Source of the DNA: Raillietiella orientalis
Taxonomy: Eukaryota
Direction of reading: 5' to 3'
Length of the DNA: 64,000 nucleotides
Assembly (NCBI GenBank): GCA_036172245.1
Contig: JAYWIR010000029.1
Coordinates: 1,240,001-1,304,000 of the forward strand
Numbering within the stretch: the stretch's first letter is position 1; each line of letters starts with the position of its first letter. Both the position numbers and the translations under genes were made by a program. Positions 37,930-51,819 of this stretch are shown one piece after another. The notes under the pieces are model-generated. The model was not told where the DNA came from. It ran no database searches and was given only the letters and a program-made list of their open reading frames with translations.

Positions 37930-39109
37930 CGCAGAGGGAAAGGTACAACAAGCTTTGCCCTCCTTCGCTCTGCGCTGATCTCCATCAAGTTCAGCCCACG
38001 CAGGATCCTGGAAGTTCCGATTTCATTCCTCCGGGATAGCAGCACATAGTTCCGACTCCTAAGTGCTTGAGTACCGTCGGTCATTGCTGTCGAGTTTCCG
38101 CTCCTAGGCAGCACTGGGTGACGAAGACATGCAGGTGTTCCCCCTCCTCGAGGTCAAGGGCATGTTCTATAATCCTCTTGAAAGAGAGGAGTTCTCTCCA
38201 GGAGTTCCTCGCGAACTAGTCGAAGGCTCAAAATTCTCGCATCAAAAGATGAAGTAACAGGGGAGAGGATCCATCTCCTGGCGCTAGGGAGGGTGCTTGC
38301 CTCTTCCCCCTCGCCACGTCACCAGCCCCCATTACGACGCACAGCTGAAACGAAGATCGGCGCTTCCAACCCATCTTCCTGCCTTTGCTTTCTGCGGAAA
38401 TGTCAGGACTCTCGGCTTCGAAGTGGGCAAGCGAGTAGGAGATGCTGCCACTCCTTCTTCCGTTCCTTCACCTGTTTGCCTTCTCCTTGCGTATCCATGG
38501 AACAGTGAAGCGGTGTTCCGGGAAGCGAGATCCTACGCCTTCTCTGGAGAGCGCCGAAAAAGAGCACCCAGGAGCTTGAAGGGGCAAAAGGAGAGCATCG
38601 TCAGAGGATCAGTGCTGTCGTTGTCGTTTCCTGGAGACCCTGCGCTTGAACCAGAGGGATCGTCTTTTCTCCGGAGAGATGTCTCCGGAAAAAACCTCGA
38701 GATGGCTCTGCGATGGCAGTCCAAGTTCTGGTGAACTCGGGGAAAGGAACCTCTACGACGCTGGGTGCCACAGGCAGAGATCGTAGCCTCAGATCGCGTT
38801 TTTCCTGACATCTGGCCGCGGAAGAGGCGAGAAAACCGCTAGAGACAATTTCCCGACATCCTCTTTTTGCCTTCTTTTGTTCCTATTTCTGTAGGAAGTC
38901 CCTGAGAACAACATGACGAGACACGTTTCGACGCCCTTCCCGTCTTGAGACTGCTCAACAGTTTGCGTTGTCCTTGCTACCGGATTTCGACCGAAACCTT
39001 GCGATCTTCGGGACCGAGATGCTGAGTCCTGATCATTTCCGGGAGAAATGCGAAAGGCCTTCGAGAGTTCGGAGAATACTCTACAGATGTCACCGCCAAC
39101 TTCCAGCAT
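37930..39109 (-). mobile_element. Ty3/gypsy pol (RT-RNase H) remnant
   Basis: Colinear degenerate motifs: VFSELSKAF, FGR, GKGVETCLVMLFSG (YxDD region), ISRFF, STDPLTML, AASPT.LAHFE, DGLEA (cf. GLGAVL), CLG...MTD..AL, SRILR..LME, AKLVV. No LTRs identified. Confidence 0.52.
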
Positions 39110-39984
39110 TCGATGAAGGGTGTCAGCCTTCCATCAGACCGACGCGGCCGTTTGCAGCAGCCATCGAGGACCTTTTCGTCTCAGTTAGCCCATCTCGATT
39201 GAAAGAAATGTTTTTCAGGACTGAGTTTTAAACATGAGGGTGCTATTTCTTAAATTTAAAATTTCCAATAGCGTTTTTTCCCTTTTTACTGTATGAGAAC
39301 GCTTTCTTGTGTCAACAGTTCGACTGTTGGGTGTCGTCTTACCCTGAAATCCAATGCAGGGAATACATCAAAGGGAAATGAGTAAAAGAGATAGAAGAAC
39401 AATTCTATTCGTCGAGCATGAAACCATTCTAAGAGGATTCAAAAGGATTGCAAACTCTAAAGAATACATCGATCGGCCCCAGTTGTTTTTTTTCTGTTAC
39501 ATGAGACGTCAAAAAATCCTCAAGAGCAGCACAAAAAGGCGTTACAGACCACAGGTCGCCTGCTTCTGATTCAGATGGAGGACTATCTGTTACAGGTGTA
39601 CAAGCCAGAAGATGTTCAATTTCTGGAATGTTGGTAGAAATGCGCACTCGAAAGTGATCAGCAAAACATCAGATACCAAGATTGCTGTTGTATTCTTCCA
39701 GGATCCCATGGAACGCTTTGGTTTGGCTTACCATACTGATGGGCAAGATCCGCATGCTAAGGAAGCATCTTCCTGATGCCTTGTGACCACAATTCTTGCT
39801 TTTCTGATAGGAATCCCCTGTAAAGACTCCATGACTCCTTGATCGTGAGTAATTTTTGGGGTTCTCAGGAGTATTCTCAGATTCTTGTTAGAATGAAAGG
39901 TTGTTAGCGTATATTATGCTCCATGTGTTCTGAAAGCAGGATGGAGATTTAGGAATAGTGCTTCACCAAGACTGTCCTTCGTTA

Positions 39985-40635
39985 AAGGAAGCAAACATCA
40001 AAGTCACTCGTCCTACTGAGGTAAGCTCAAAGAACAAAAAAAGCAAAGCAGAGCAAAACAAAGCCGGAGAGAGGTTTGTGGTTCCAGTCTACTTCTAACA
40101 GACCCTTCTCTGATCCTCGTTTTATTCTTTTTTTTTGATGTGAGGTCAACTGCTTCTGCTGTGCCTCTTCAGAGTGTCGTTGTTTCACAGTATTCTTTCA
40201 TGTCTTCAGAAGTGTTTTCTTTGAATCTTCCACCGTCATCATTCCATTCATTTTCATACATCCAGTTTCGTCATATAAGATGATTCCATCAGCCTGATCT
40301 CACCACGGTTTCAATTGGGACTTGAAGAAACTTCGTAACCCACGGCTTCTCTTCGTAAAGAACAGCTGAAATTGGCACAAGGCCTTCGAATGGACATTCC
40401 CTCCGACACCGGCCTATTTCTTCAACCCGCTAGCAATGGATCCCATTTTTCGGGTTCGCCTTCTTTTTCAAGGTCAGAAAGGTGACACTGCAGGTACTTC
40501 CTGAGAAAGGAAAGCAATTTTTCTTCTTCCACTGGCAGTCTGTACGAGGAATGCCTGACCATATGAGCCATTTTCCAGCGCAACCTTTAATAGGATTCAC
40601 AAACGGCCCTCTGAAAGTCTCATCAATATTCCTTG
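39985..40635 (-). mobile_element. pogo/Tigger-like DDE transposase remnant
   Basis: RNIDET...NPIK..A.K, NGMMTVE..RKHF, LSLP..RTS..DVCF, in the order of N.DETG / GWMT.E.F..HF / LP.HTSH.LQPLDV. Confidence 0.4.
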
Positions 40636-41649
40636 TTTTTCTTCCACGAGCTTCCTGTTGTTGCAAATGAATGGTACTTGAGAAAACCATTTATATACGT
40701 GAATAAATTTTTCATACGAAAAACACAGAGCAGAATGGAACTCTGTTCGTTCCACAAGCGCTCAGCAGTAGACAGACTCTTCTGTTGGGAAGGGGGGGGA
40801 GGCTCTAAGTAAAATACGGATGGTCACGCGTTGCTATGATTGCCTCGTGGAACCGTCAGCCTAGAAGCTGTCACGATGGTGTCAGGATGCACGGCCAGCA
40901 TCTGCGAGCGCTTCTTCCGAAGGACATCGTTCTTGTCCACCAGTCGTTTTTTTTTGTTTTCCGAAGTGGAATTCGATCAAGGTAGCTTCTTTCTGGATTC
41001 TCTTTCTACAGGAATGTGGGACCATGAGACATTTGTCCAACATCAAGATCTACAAACGTGTGTTTTGAGATGCCCTTATTTGGGGAGCCCTTTTCCCTGT
41101 GAGATCTCGTTCTGGTTCCAGACAGCATACGTTCCCACGGGCTCTTCGCAAGCACGGACCATCGTGTTTCCACAGGCTGCCGAAAATCTTGGCACCGCCG
41201 ACTAATTATCGGATTACACTGAACCAGCAATTCGCATCACCATTATCTCTCTACGACAGACGGCACGAGAAAACTGGCGACCACCGTGATCGTGTTGTTT
41301 TCCTTCGGTTCCTTTCAAGTAGAGATCATGCTGAGGATGGTGGAGAGCTGGAACTCGATGTTTTTACGCACGCAAGAAAGATAAGCGCAAAGGGTACGGG
41401 AGGAGCTTTACCATCGTTATTTCTCCCTGAAACGGTTCCCGAGGACATTCCCGACTCCTCACTTTCCCTAGTTTCGCTTGCGAGTTATGCGGCCCGGCCA
41501 TGCGTTTTTTTTTCTTCCCCGAGACCTCACAAGGGATCTTCCTGCACATAGGATGTTCTTGCAGCTGTGCGATTTTCGCAGCGCGTGCATGTGTGCGCTG
41601 CTGCTTGTGTTTCACGGAACCAAAGTGCTGCGACGCGATTCGGTGCTCG

Positions 41650-42540
41650 AAATGGTCGTACGAATTCCTTTTGGAGACCGTTGCCATCTTCTTCTCCCCT
41701 TACAATTTCGTCCCCCAGAGCGCGCACATAAAAGCAAACACGCATTAACGACGAATAGCGAGCACCACTTGACTGACGTAACAGCTGATTCACGGTTGTT
41801 CGAACTGTTTCGTTTCGTTGGAACATCTTTCTGGAAGATACTTCGATCGAATCTGCATTCCGTTGGCTTTACATGGTTCACACCATAATAGACTGCTTTC
41901 GAACTGAGTGCCCACTTTTTTTTTTTTTTTTTTTCCCTGAATCACAATAACACTTGTCCCAGACGTTCTCTCTTGGCGCGCACTCGCAGACCAGCTCGAC
42001 CCCGCTGGAGAAGGAAAACTTTCGCTCTCGTTTCTTAGTCGTAATCTGATGCAATCACGAGGCACTGCTGCTATTTGGTTTCAGAACTGCAAGGCAAGTT
42101 GAAAGGTAAAACACACTTGCGAACTCTGAGGCCATAAAAACATTGTTCAACGGAACCTTCATGAGAGATTAATCTATTCCGGTGCGCAACTTGTTGTGTT
42201 CCCTCAATGAACCATCAATCTTGTTAATGAGTTTCTTGTCTTCAAAGGCAGCAAACGAAGAAGAGGAATGTTTCCATGAACTTCGTCTCAGGACTCGCAC
42301 GAGAAAATGCAAAAACAGCTGTTGAGGAGGTTTCCTTGCGATTGAGCGGATAGGAAAGAGGCAATCAACGGCTATTAAGGATCGACTCTACTTCGATGTT
42401 GGTCTAGCTCCTTTCAAAAAGAGGAAGAAGAAGACTCTTGTTGGTTGTCCATTTCTCTGGATGTTCAGTCCTCAGTATCCTTTGACTTCAGATCAGCCTA
42501 TGCTTTTCGTCTTTAGGCGGTAAAAAATACAACCAGTACG
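41650..42540 (+). mobile_element. Possible P-element-like transposase remnant
   Basis: KWSYEFLLETVAIFFSP, TAIKDRLYFD...LVG, LCFSSLGGKKYNQ resemble R.S.E...AL.L...SP / DEM.IK..L.YD...G / LVFM.GL..KWKQ; spacing is irregular. Confidence 0.28.
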
Positions 42541-42929
42541 AAAGCGTAGAGGAACGGCGGCTGCCTCTTATTCTTCGGCTAGTGAGGAAAGAACTGAAAG
42601 TACCAGGAGAGCGAAAGGATATGGGGTCCTCTTTCTCATGAATAACACGAGGAAGGAAGCAGTATCTGATGACAGCATCTAGATGGAAAGAACAAATGAC
42701 CACGAAAGAAACGCGTTCTTTGACTGTTGATTAAGGATGGAATCCTTTCTAGACCAATTCCCAGGGTGCGCGTACTTCATCTGACCTTCTCACTTAGAGT
42801 TGCTAGGAGGCAGTTGTGCGTGTCTCTTCAGCCGAGAGGATTCTTCGGGGACTTTGACATGAAAAGGGACTGTCTGCACGCCGGATCAGACGGCACCTTT
42901 TTAGCGACTCTTCGAAAAGGTCAATTCGA

Positions 42930-43860
42930 GATGTGCTTTCCCTCCCAAAGGTTCGGCTTTTGGGTCCCAATTTTGCCAATCGGAGGATCGAGGAATGAGA
43001 GAAAATGACACTGCTCAGCGGCGGCACAACTTCAGAGGAGACGTTCCCAGTGAGGAAAACCCATCTGTTTTTGCTAAACAAAGGTGTTAGGCCCGGTACA
43101 CATCCGCAAGTCGGGCAAAATAAGTTCGGAAGAAAGCAGAATTTGCTACCGAAGCGCGCACTGAAAATTTTTCCGATGAGGGAGAACCGGATGCCTTCTG
43201 GAATTTCACAAACAACATGTCTGTCTTGTTCATGACAATCTCAGGGAAGTGGGAAACAGGGAAATTCTTGTTTCCTGCCTTCCCCGAGGTCGCCAAGGAT
43301 GCAAAACCCACAGAACACTAAAAGGCCGATCGCAAAATCAGCAGGCCATCGATTCAGTAGCAACAAAATTTAGAAGTTGCTGCGTCGATGACCAGTTGAG
43401 GTCTAGGTAACATGCAGATGAAGAAGGAAAGGCAAAGAGAGAGAGGAAGAAAGAAAAGCCATGCTGGAATGAGAACGAGAGCACAGGAAGGATCATCCAG
43501 CAAATGGTGTTTAAGAATTCTTTTAGCAGCGCATCCATGGATTGGCTGTGTACGAAAAGTGCCATTGAATGAACCTCCCATGAATGCCGAATACTCTTCG
43601 CTCCAGCGAGTTTCGTTGGCGCCAGATTGACTGCAAGTCTTTCTGAGCTGCAGACGCCTCGAATTTCACGCTTCCTTGGCTCCGCGACCAGTCGTCGCAA
43701 GCGCTCTGCCGTTCGGCTTTCCCAGATCTTTCGGAAAGACATGCCAGATCGAAGGGGTAACAAGAGTTGGTTCTGTCCCCTCATCCTTTTCGAATCCCTC
43801 AATGTTTCACATCTATCCGAATCGCGATGGAAGCTGTGAGATGTTTGCAATGAACCGTAG
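42930..43860 (-). mobile_element. hAT transposase remnant (ZMYM1/P52rIPK-like)
   Basis: VHC.SHSF, NETRWSE, AAAEQ.SFS..LRLAK...RTFGRE, in the order of the hAT CxxH, TRW and C-terminal ERSFS.L..IK...R.TM.QER motifs. Confidence 0.42.
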
Positions 43861-44879
43861 GATGGAGCACCAGTCGTTCAAGTGAATTCAAAGATCGAAA
43901 GATAAAACCACGGACGGTTGCTTTTGTGATCGTCCGTGTTCCTCCTTGATGGACTTCCTCTGCGCATGTTTTCTTGTTGTTCCCTTGCTAAGTGCGATGC
44001 AACGATTCCTCCTCTCCCAGTGGCTCAAACTGCAGATCCTGATTGCTGTCTTCGAAAAAACGAGCAAGTTTTGTCAGAAAGCACGTCCAATTTACTTGAT
44101 ATGTTTGCTAACTCTGTTGGACTTGGTAGCTGCAGCTGCGAAAATCAAATAGTGAAATGTGTTCTCATGCCAATTTAGTTGGCCCACAGTTGATTTTTTT
44201 TTTTTTTTCTTGCCCCATCTGATTTTGCAAAGGGCACGAGTGAAAAAAAAAAAAAAAAAAAAAGAACATAGGAGAAATCACTTTCAGTTTCAGCTTTTGC
44301 TGCTTGAAGTTTCAGAGACGAATGATTTCTTCTGCATGTGACGTCCGAAGCACGAAACGATCCGAGAATTAACTTGAGTAGAGTCGCTTTTCTGAGCTAA
44401 GAGAAGTTCTTAACAGACGCATTCGGTCACTTTCACTTTTTTCAGAATCAACCCATTTGTCCCGAGCGCGCCAACGTACCGCCCAATAAAACATCATGGG
44501 AACATGTTCACGCACGAAATTTATTAAATTACTATGTCTTGCCTTTATGTACTTTCCAACGTCTCAGGTAGGACGGACGCTGTAGGCAGCTCGTGCGTTT
44601 CTTTGGTTTTGTGACATGCCAGACTTCTAATGTCTCTCGATTTACAGCCTGCACCACTCTGTTTGTCAGTCTGGAATGCTACCGTGTTTTCACTGCAAGT
44701 GTAAACACATCTCAGACACTTTCTTCAATATTTGATGTTTGCTGATGTGCGCGTTTGCAGAACGCAGGCAGAAATTCGTATTTGAAACGAAAGGCGAAGC
44801 GCTGTTTAAAAGTAGCCGCGATGTTTCAGTGTCGACATGCCGTCTGTTTCTTGTTTTGCTGGTAATCTTTCCTCCTAAG

Positions 44880-45520
44880 AGAAAGCTTTCCTTTGAGATC
44901 CGACCGGACAGACCAATTTTCTCATGTTTCTCGCTGGAATAGCCCCCACAGAGTGCGCGCACGACGTCTCCTATCCGTCTGGAAGAGCCGAGAACAAGCT
45001 GCATCCTGAGATGAGCACAGGATTCCGCGGAAGTCGCTACATCCACGACTGCTTCTGGACTGTTTGGTTTGAGAACCTGCCCGCTTCTGGGATTCGATCC
45101 AAGCTGAAGTCGAAAAAAAGGAAAAAAAAAAGAAAAGAAAAGAAAAGAAAAGAAAGAAAGAAAAGAAAAAAAAAAATCCAATTCCGTTTCTGGGAGAGAT
45201 AATTTCGGTTCCATGGTCTTCTTAAGTCTCGTGATGCCGCGGCGATTCTGGAGTTCTGCAATCTGTGCTATCCTATAACTGCTGCTTTCAGCTCTTGCAA
45301 CGGCATTAATTTCCTTGCTTCGATTTTTCATTTTCAGAGCGTTCGGGTCGTATCTGTTCCCATCAATTTTCCGTTCGAGATTCGAATTAGAAAAGGGTGT
45401 GTTACCTTGTACAACATGCGTACTTCGATCGCGATTGTGGATACGAGTGAAATTTCGAAAGTTCGTTTGACACACTTTGTACACTGTCAGGGCACATTCT
45501 CAGAACTACTGCTTGACGTG
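44880..45520 (+). mobile_element. Second hAT transposase remnant, interrupted by an A-rich simple repeat
   Basis: KLSF (cf. ELAFRG), STGFRGSRYIHD (cf. T.F.GTS..IQND), HFVHCQ/AHSQN (cf. HFVHCYAH.LNL). Confidence 0.36.
45112..45176. repeat. (AAAAG)n / poly-A simple repeat
   Basis: gaaaaaaaggaaaaaaaaaagaaaagaaaagaaaagaaaagaaagaaag... Confidence 0.9.
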
Positions 45521-48469
45521 CAGAGACTATCTGGCGGAAAGTCTCACATCGAATGGTACATCTCCGTCTTTGGACGGAACATACCGGGATGTGCAACCTC
45601 GTGGTTCAAGGCTTTTCTTGACCTATTACGACGCCGTTTATGGTTTCGAAAACTGATGTTATCTTTGAGCTCTTTCTCGCTTCACGTGCCCCATTAGGAT
45701 TCCTCAAAAAAAAAAAAAAATTTGTGGTTTCAGATTGTCTGTTCCGCAGCTTTTGGCAGAGTGTTCTTCTGTGTTTGCTTGCTGAATATATATCTTCCAT
45801 TGCATGGATGGAACTGTTTGCTGTTGAGGTCAGCGTTTTTTTTTTCCTTTCTGTGCATTTTTATTCGGGCGTCGACGGCATGAAGTGAGACCAGTCATCA
45901 TCATCAACCCATCCGCTGCTTTCTGAAGCACAGAGTCAGATGAGTCCAGTGCTCCTCGGATGAAAAATCCTAAAAGTAGCTGGTTTCTCGAGCTGCTTGC
46001 CCTCTCGGCAGGAGTTTCCTCCTCCCGGAAAACGTCTTCTGCTCCTGTCATACGGCAGCATCATGTTCTTAGGGTTCCGTCTTTCCCAAAATGTTAAGGT
46101 GCGATGAAATGACTGTTGGGAAAAGAACTCCATCCTCCTCTTCACAGGGAGATGAAAAAGTATCCAGAGAAGTGCTCTTTATTTTTATTTGGACTTCATG
46201 ATTGGAACACAGCTGAGCGGCCGAGTTCATGAGATCTGGTCATGATTTATCGCTGGCTCGCATAAGCAGGTTCCTTCCCTCGATGATACTGCAGTTTCGA
46301 TCTTGAAAACGTCCTTCGAGAAGCTAAGAAGATTCCTTTTCCCCTCCGTCCCTTCGATATCAACGCAAAAGTTTAATTACGCTCCGGTTGAAATGTGCCT
46401 CTTTCGTGTTTTGGGTGTTCTCGCGCACCGATGTTGCGCGCTGTTACTGCTGCGGAGGTCGCACGTGCGCCGCTGTGCCGAACGCGTCACGCGTCGCGCC
46501 TAACCCCTTCTCCCAAGACTCCCGCCGCTTCCGCTCGAGGGAAAAAAGGGAGATTGTCCCTAGGTGAATGGGAGTTCAACGAGGCGGAAGGCACCTCAGC
46601 GCCTCTCAGGGTGTTTTCCCTGCGCTGCTTCGAGAGCGAGTGGGAGCTCTCCGGGACGGGCGATCCTCCCCGCCGATGGGCTTCGGTGGAACCCGGCGGG
46701 CGGCGGTTGACGTGGCCATTTCACCAGCGGCGAGAAATTCGGCTCGCGTTGCAGTCTTTAGCAAAATTGAATTCTTCCACCTCGGAGGAGCCATTAAGAG
46801 ACCGGACGTCGAATCATGATGGACGGCGGTCATGACGAGCTTCGAAGCGGGCAGCGGCTGTTTTAATGATTTTTCGATGCATTCCTCGTAATCGGAGGCA
46901 CGATTTTCCGGTCATTTGCTGCTCTTGCCTCGAAGGAGTCGCGCTTCGAGCAGTTGACGCAGAATCCCGTCCGAAAGGAAAGCCGATCGACGGTCCCTCG
47001 TCGGTTCATTCATCTCGTCCGAACGCCGACCCTCGCTGCCATCCCTTCCGAGCAGGCGAAGGAACAGGAACGCAGGCGCATCCGCCCACGGTCTCGTTGG
47101 GAATCGGGCGGGACCCAACGGGAGTGCAGCCCACGGAGGGGGACTGACATGGAATCGACCGGACGGGTGGCTCTTCAGCTCACAGTGCAACCATCTCCTG
47201 ATGCCTCCTGGACCAGAACCACTCGGTGCAACCGGAGATTTATCAGGGAAACTCCGGGATGGATGCCTCATCTCCCGGTTGAGCAGACTGTTTACAACGA
47301 AGAAGAAAAAGTAAACAAATATTTGCAGTGGGAACACCCTCCTGCTAGGTACACGAGGAGCAAGGGGCGTCCGTGGTACAGCATGCCAGCAGGGGAAAAG
47401 GTTCGGAGTTCGAGAGAGGGGCAGTGAATTAATAAAGCATTAAACGAGGGATCTAAAGGAGCGAAGGGGCCGCGTGGCCGCCGCCTGCAATCACCGTGGA
47501 AACTGCTCCGAACGACCGGTCTCGTGATGGCTCTGGTGTGGTCCCTGCGTGCGGTCGATGTCCCGGTCCTTCGCAGCTGCAGCAGCCGCGTTCCGCCGCA
47601 CTGCTACGGAGGGCAACCCGGGCAGTTCTCAGAGCGCGAGCGCGACCAGGATACCTTCTCCCGTCACGGAAACGACCGCATCCCGGTCGCTGGTGAGGGC
47701 ACTGGCACTGTGCGCAGTTGCGAGCTGCACTTCACTTCCCCTAACCGGGGGCGTCAGCCAGGCCTATTTTTTCCGCGCCCGGGAAGAGCACTCGGCCGTC
47801 TGCGCGGGACAGGAGGAGAATTGACTGTATGGGAAGAGTCCCAGGTTCCCGTCCACGAACGTGGCTGCCATGCCCGCTCTCCTGCGGGTCCGCCCCGCCT
47901 CCGGGGCCCGCTCGGAAGGATGCAAGGGATCTCCACGGCGGCGTCTTCCTGGTGGAGAGAGAGGGAGAGCGCGGCGCGCGTGCCGGAGGGGTCGGCCTCC
48001 CTCGAGTCCATGGGGAGGGTGGTCGCTCAGAAGCCACCGCCACGCAACTACCCCGCACTCTGCAACCATCTGCACCGGGATGACGCATGCGGGCGCAACA
48101 CGCTACTCGTGTAACCCGGGGGAAAAGGTCGCGCCAGCTGATCCATGGACATCGGTCATCTTCGAATGCCGTCGTCAGTTACCCGCATTGGCGGTTCTCC
48201 CCAGCCCCTCCAGGGAACGACAACCCGGTAGGCGCCGATTCCAAGAGCCGCTTGTCCTCAAACAAGGGAGGGAACCAAAACAAAGAGCAGAGGGTCCGCT
48301 TTGATGGATCGGAGAAGAGCAAAAGAGTTCCCGTGGAAAGCAGCTATGGAGCGTCGTTCGCTCCCCACTCCCAGCACCTACTCACTCACGTGACTTTCGC
48401 CTTCGGAGGTCTTCCTTTTCCGGGATGCTGGGAGAGCGCCCGGTTTCCCTTCCTCGTCCCTATTGATCG

Positions 48470-48800
48470 CTTCCGGATGCCCCCTACCCTGTTCATCCAG
48501 CCACCCTTTCGCACGCTTGCTCCTCGAGGAGCCATTCATCTCAGCGTCCATGCGTTCCCGGGCGAGCTGTCCTATTCAATTTCCGAACCCGACATCCCGC
48601 GAGAAAGGGCACTTTTGCCCCCCACTCGCCCCCCTCAGCCTCCTCTGGGTGACCGGGGAACGTACGCGTACTATGGAGAGCTTTTCCAGCAATTCCGGCC
48701 CCCAAGGACATCAGGGACCTTGCCCATCCTTCCCCCTCACTTTCCACCTCCGTTCGGGCACACGGGAAATGTCCGAGTGCTTGGCGTTGTCCCCATCCAC
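48470..48800 (+). mobile_element. CR1/L2-like non-LTR reverse transcriptase remnant
   Basis: In one open frame: PPTLFI...LSVHAFPGELSYSIS...YYGELFQQFRPPRT...NVRVLGV, cf. SPTLF.I...IH.FADD..L..S...WG.....FN..KT...L.ILGV; catalytic DD lost. Confidence 0.42.
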
Positions 48801-51800
48801 TGCGTCCCTCCATCAGTGAAGATCTGTGGACAAGGGCCACTTCTCCTCGGGAGAGCCACCGATGGTTAGTCCAGTGGCAGAACAGCTGGATCGCAGCGGG
48901 TGCTCCCGTAAGCGGAAGGGCATCATGACAACAGCGGTCCATGCGTGGAGGAGGACTTCCGCCGAGGTTCCTCAAGAGCTCCCATCGCCACCCTTCCGCC
49001 TGTCGCTCCAGGAAGCTCGCGAAGGATGCCCTCGCGGGCAGTCAGGAGGCTGTCCGGAGAGGCGGGGTTCGCCTCATCCCTTCGCCGCACACCCAGGAAA
49101 CACGAGTAGCACCCGAAGCGAGCGTTTAGGGGGAGCACGGCCGCCTCCAAGAGGGAGCCGCGCGACCTCGGGAGGTCGAGAGCGGGTCGCCGTCAGGGCT
49201 CGTGCGGGGAGCCCCCAGAGGGACGGCGAGGAACGGAGAGGCAAGGCGATCGCCGGTCGCCGGAACCCCCTGACGGGAGGGTTTCCGCTACGCCGCCTCC
49301 CGGGGGCGCGGCCCAAGGAATCGTGCGATGATATGCTCCGCCGCAGCGGACTCCTCTCGCGGCGGCAGAGCGAAACAGCGGCATCGGCCGGCGCGGAGCC
49401 GCTCGCTCGCCGTCGGTACAAAGGGTGGACCACCCTGCGCACTTCGCCCCTTCCCCGTCGCTGCCGCAGCCGCGCCGAGGCAGGCACGACGGAGCGCGCC
49501 GGCCTGCGGGCACGAAGGGCGCGCGCTGACGTCCTCCAGACGGGGAGGGAGGGAACGGAAGAAGCGTCGTGCCGTCCGCCCCTCGGACCACCCCGGCGAG
49601 GTCGGTTCCACCTTCACCTAGGGTGGGGAGTGGAAGCTGCGAAGGCGAGAGTGGTCACCCCCTTTACGGCGGTTAGGTGGCTCCAAGAGACGGCTGCAGC
49701 ACTTCCCTGAGGCCGATGAGGAGCCCCCCTCTTCCTCGCGCGCTCTTCCCGGAGTCTTCCCTCCTTCGGAGGCAAGGAATGGGAGACGACCTCGAGAGAA
49801 GGAAGGTCATCCAGTCTCGGATGAGCATTGCGGATTCTCGACAGAACTTTGCGACTTTCGCAGCGGGCAAGGGACAGAATCCCGAAGGATCTCCGGGCAG
49901 AGTGCAGTCCTCCGAGGCACGCACGTTCTCGACTCGGGCTGCTCCTCCCCAACCCTCCGGTCAAGCCTGCGCCAAACCACCGCGAGCGGCGAGACCTGCT
50001 GCAAGTCTCTGGCATGCCTGGTGCCTTCGAGGATGTTCCTTCCTTTCCTCCCCGTTCCCTTAGAACCCTCCTCCGCTCTTTGGTTCGCTTCTTCCCCGGC
50101 GGAGGATCCTAAAAATGTGCGATCGGTGGGCACTACTGTTGACAGCTATTAGCCCTCCGGGAAGGTCGCGAGCGCCAACTGGTCCTCGGTGAGACTGCGC
50201 AAGCCACCACCATTGCTTGGAAACGGTCCCTTCCCTCTCCCCCGCAAGCTCGCGAGCCCCTCTTTCTCCCTCCGGAGTCACAGTGGTCCAGTATGCACGC
50301 TCTTCCTCATTGGTTTGCTGAGCAGCGATTGCTGCTTCGATCCCACCAGCTTCTGACGAAGAGGACCTCCAAATATGGAAGTTACATGAGTGAGTAGGCG
50401 CTGGGAGTGGGGAGCAAAGGATACTCCACTGGTGCTTTCCACGGAAACTCCTTTGCTCTTTCCAGATCCATCTGTCCGGACCCTCTTCTCTTTGTTTTGT
50501 TTTCCGCCTCTTTCCCCCTGTTTGAGGACAAGTGTCTCCTGGAATCAGATCTGGACCTCATGGAACAGTATCCACACCTTCGAGGAGTGAGGAGGCCGCC
50601 TCTGATCGGCAATCTCTGCGACATCTTCTTTGGGGCTGTTGACTGGACAGCGAGGAGATGCGCAACGCATCGCCACACGATGTTTCGGGTCCTTCTAGCC
50701 TGCTTCCCTCTTCCTGACTGCTCTCCTGCTCTCCTATTCATTGCCGTCCACACCATTCTTCTGTATCCTACATCCCCGAGCGAGACAACCATACGCTATC
50801 GGCCGGAACGAGTCGGCTGGGACTACAGGAATGGCGGAGAGCCACAGATAACCATCCTTTTCCTCCTCCTTCCCGCCTCCGTCGGAGAAGGGCGGGAGAA
50901 TACGGAGCACGCCCTCCCTCCGAAAAGGTCCGCGGGTCCTCCCTTTGCACCATGAGTGGGGGCGCGCACGTTCTTTTTCGAGGAGGATAGGCTTCTCAGT
51001 TGCAAAGAGCTCTTCGGGAAGCAGTTTGGCCTATGTGCCCGCCCTCGGAAGCATCTTCTCCTCCACTCCTCTCCCTCCTCTCTCCTCAGAGAGACGCTTG
51101 CTAGTTAAGGCGATATGCTCCTAGAGGAGACTGCAGCTTCCTCTTGCCTTCCTCCTGGTCTTCGCAAGCGTCTTGTACTCTGCTGAGTCCAATCCCCCTT
51201 CTCTTGACCGCCTTTCCCCTCTTTTCCCAATCTTTCTTCCCCTCTTCTTTCCATGACCCGACTAAAGGGCTTGGAAGCACAATCCTCGTGCGGTGCTAGA
51301 GCTGCAAAGTGTGGAGCCGCAAGAGTGGTCCAGGGCTCTGGTCTTGGTGATCAGACTGCCAGAGGTTTCGCAATGATGCCTTTCCATGCACCCCGACCCA
51401 TGAGGCGTCATGTCGGTCGCTTGCGGCTCGCGCCATTGCTGCCACGCAGCTGTACCAGGATGTGGTCCATCGACTTTCCTTTAAAACAGATGACCTTCCT
51501 GCCAGAGGAGTTTTAGAGGATCTCCGCTCTCATCATGCTGGACGTTCGGCGGAGAAGGAAGCGGTCGGTACCTGGGCGCGGCTGACATGCGTGAGCCCAG
51601 AAGAGCCACTCCCTCTTCGTCGGCTCAAGGGGGGGGGGGGGTAACTGTCAAGACTTGATGCAGGACAGGAAGAAATAGAACCGAATACCTGCTATATCTT
51701 AGATCTCAACGCTGCCTTCCCCGAAGAAAAGAATTTTCATGTGCCAACCGACAACCTGCACTGTTGCAGAATGCAGGGAACCCTTTGGAGAATGGTTTAC

Positions 51801-51819
51801 CAGTGATGCGGGAACTCCA

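Noticed and set aside
44690..45484. 264-aa minus-strand ORF
   Set aside because: Spans a simple (TTTTC)n repeat, has no homology, and is antisense to a probable hAT remnant.
47148..47400. Exon-like ORF MESTGRV..., or a CR1 C-terminal remnant (VQ.RFIRE.PG..HL..EQ)
   Set aside because: Neither reading is supported well enough to list; a CR1 remnant is slightly more likely.
50407..50955. 182-aa ORF with PLLFVLF...LESDLDLM, RT-like
   Set aside because: Two weak motifs only, with the catalytic region absent.
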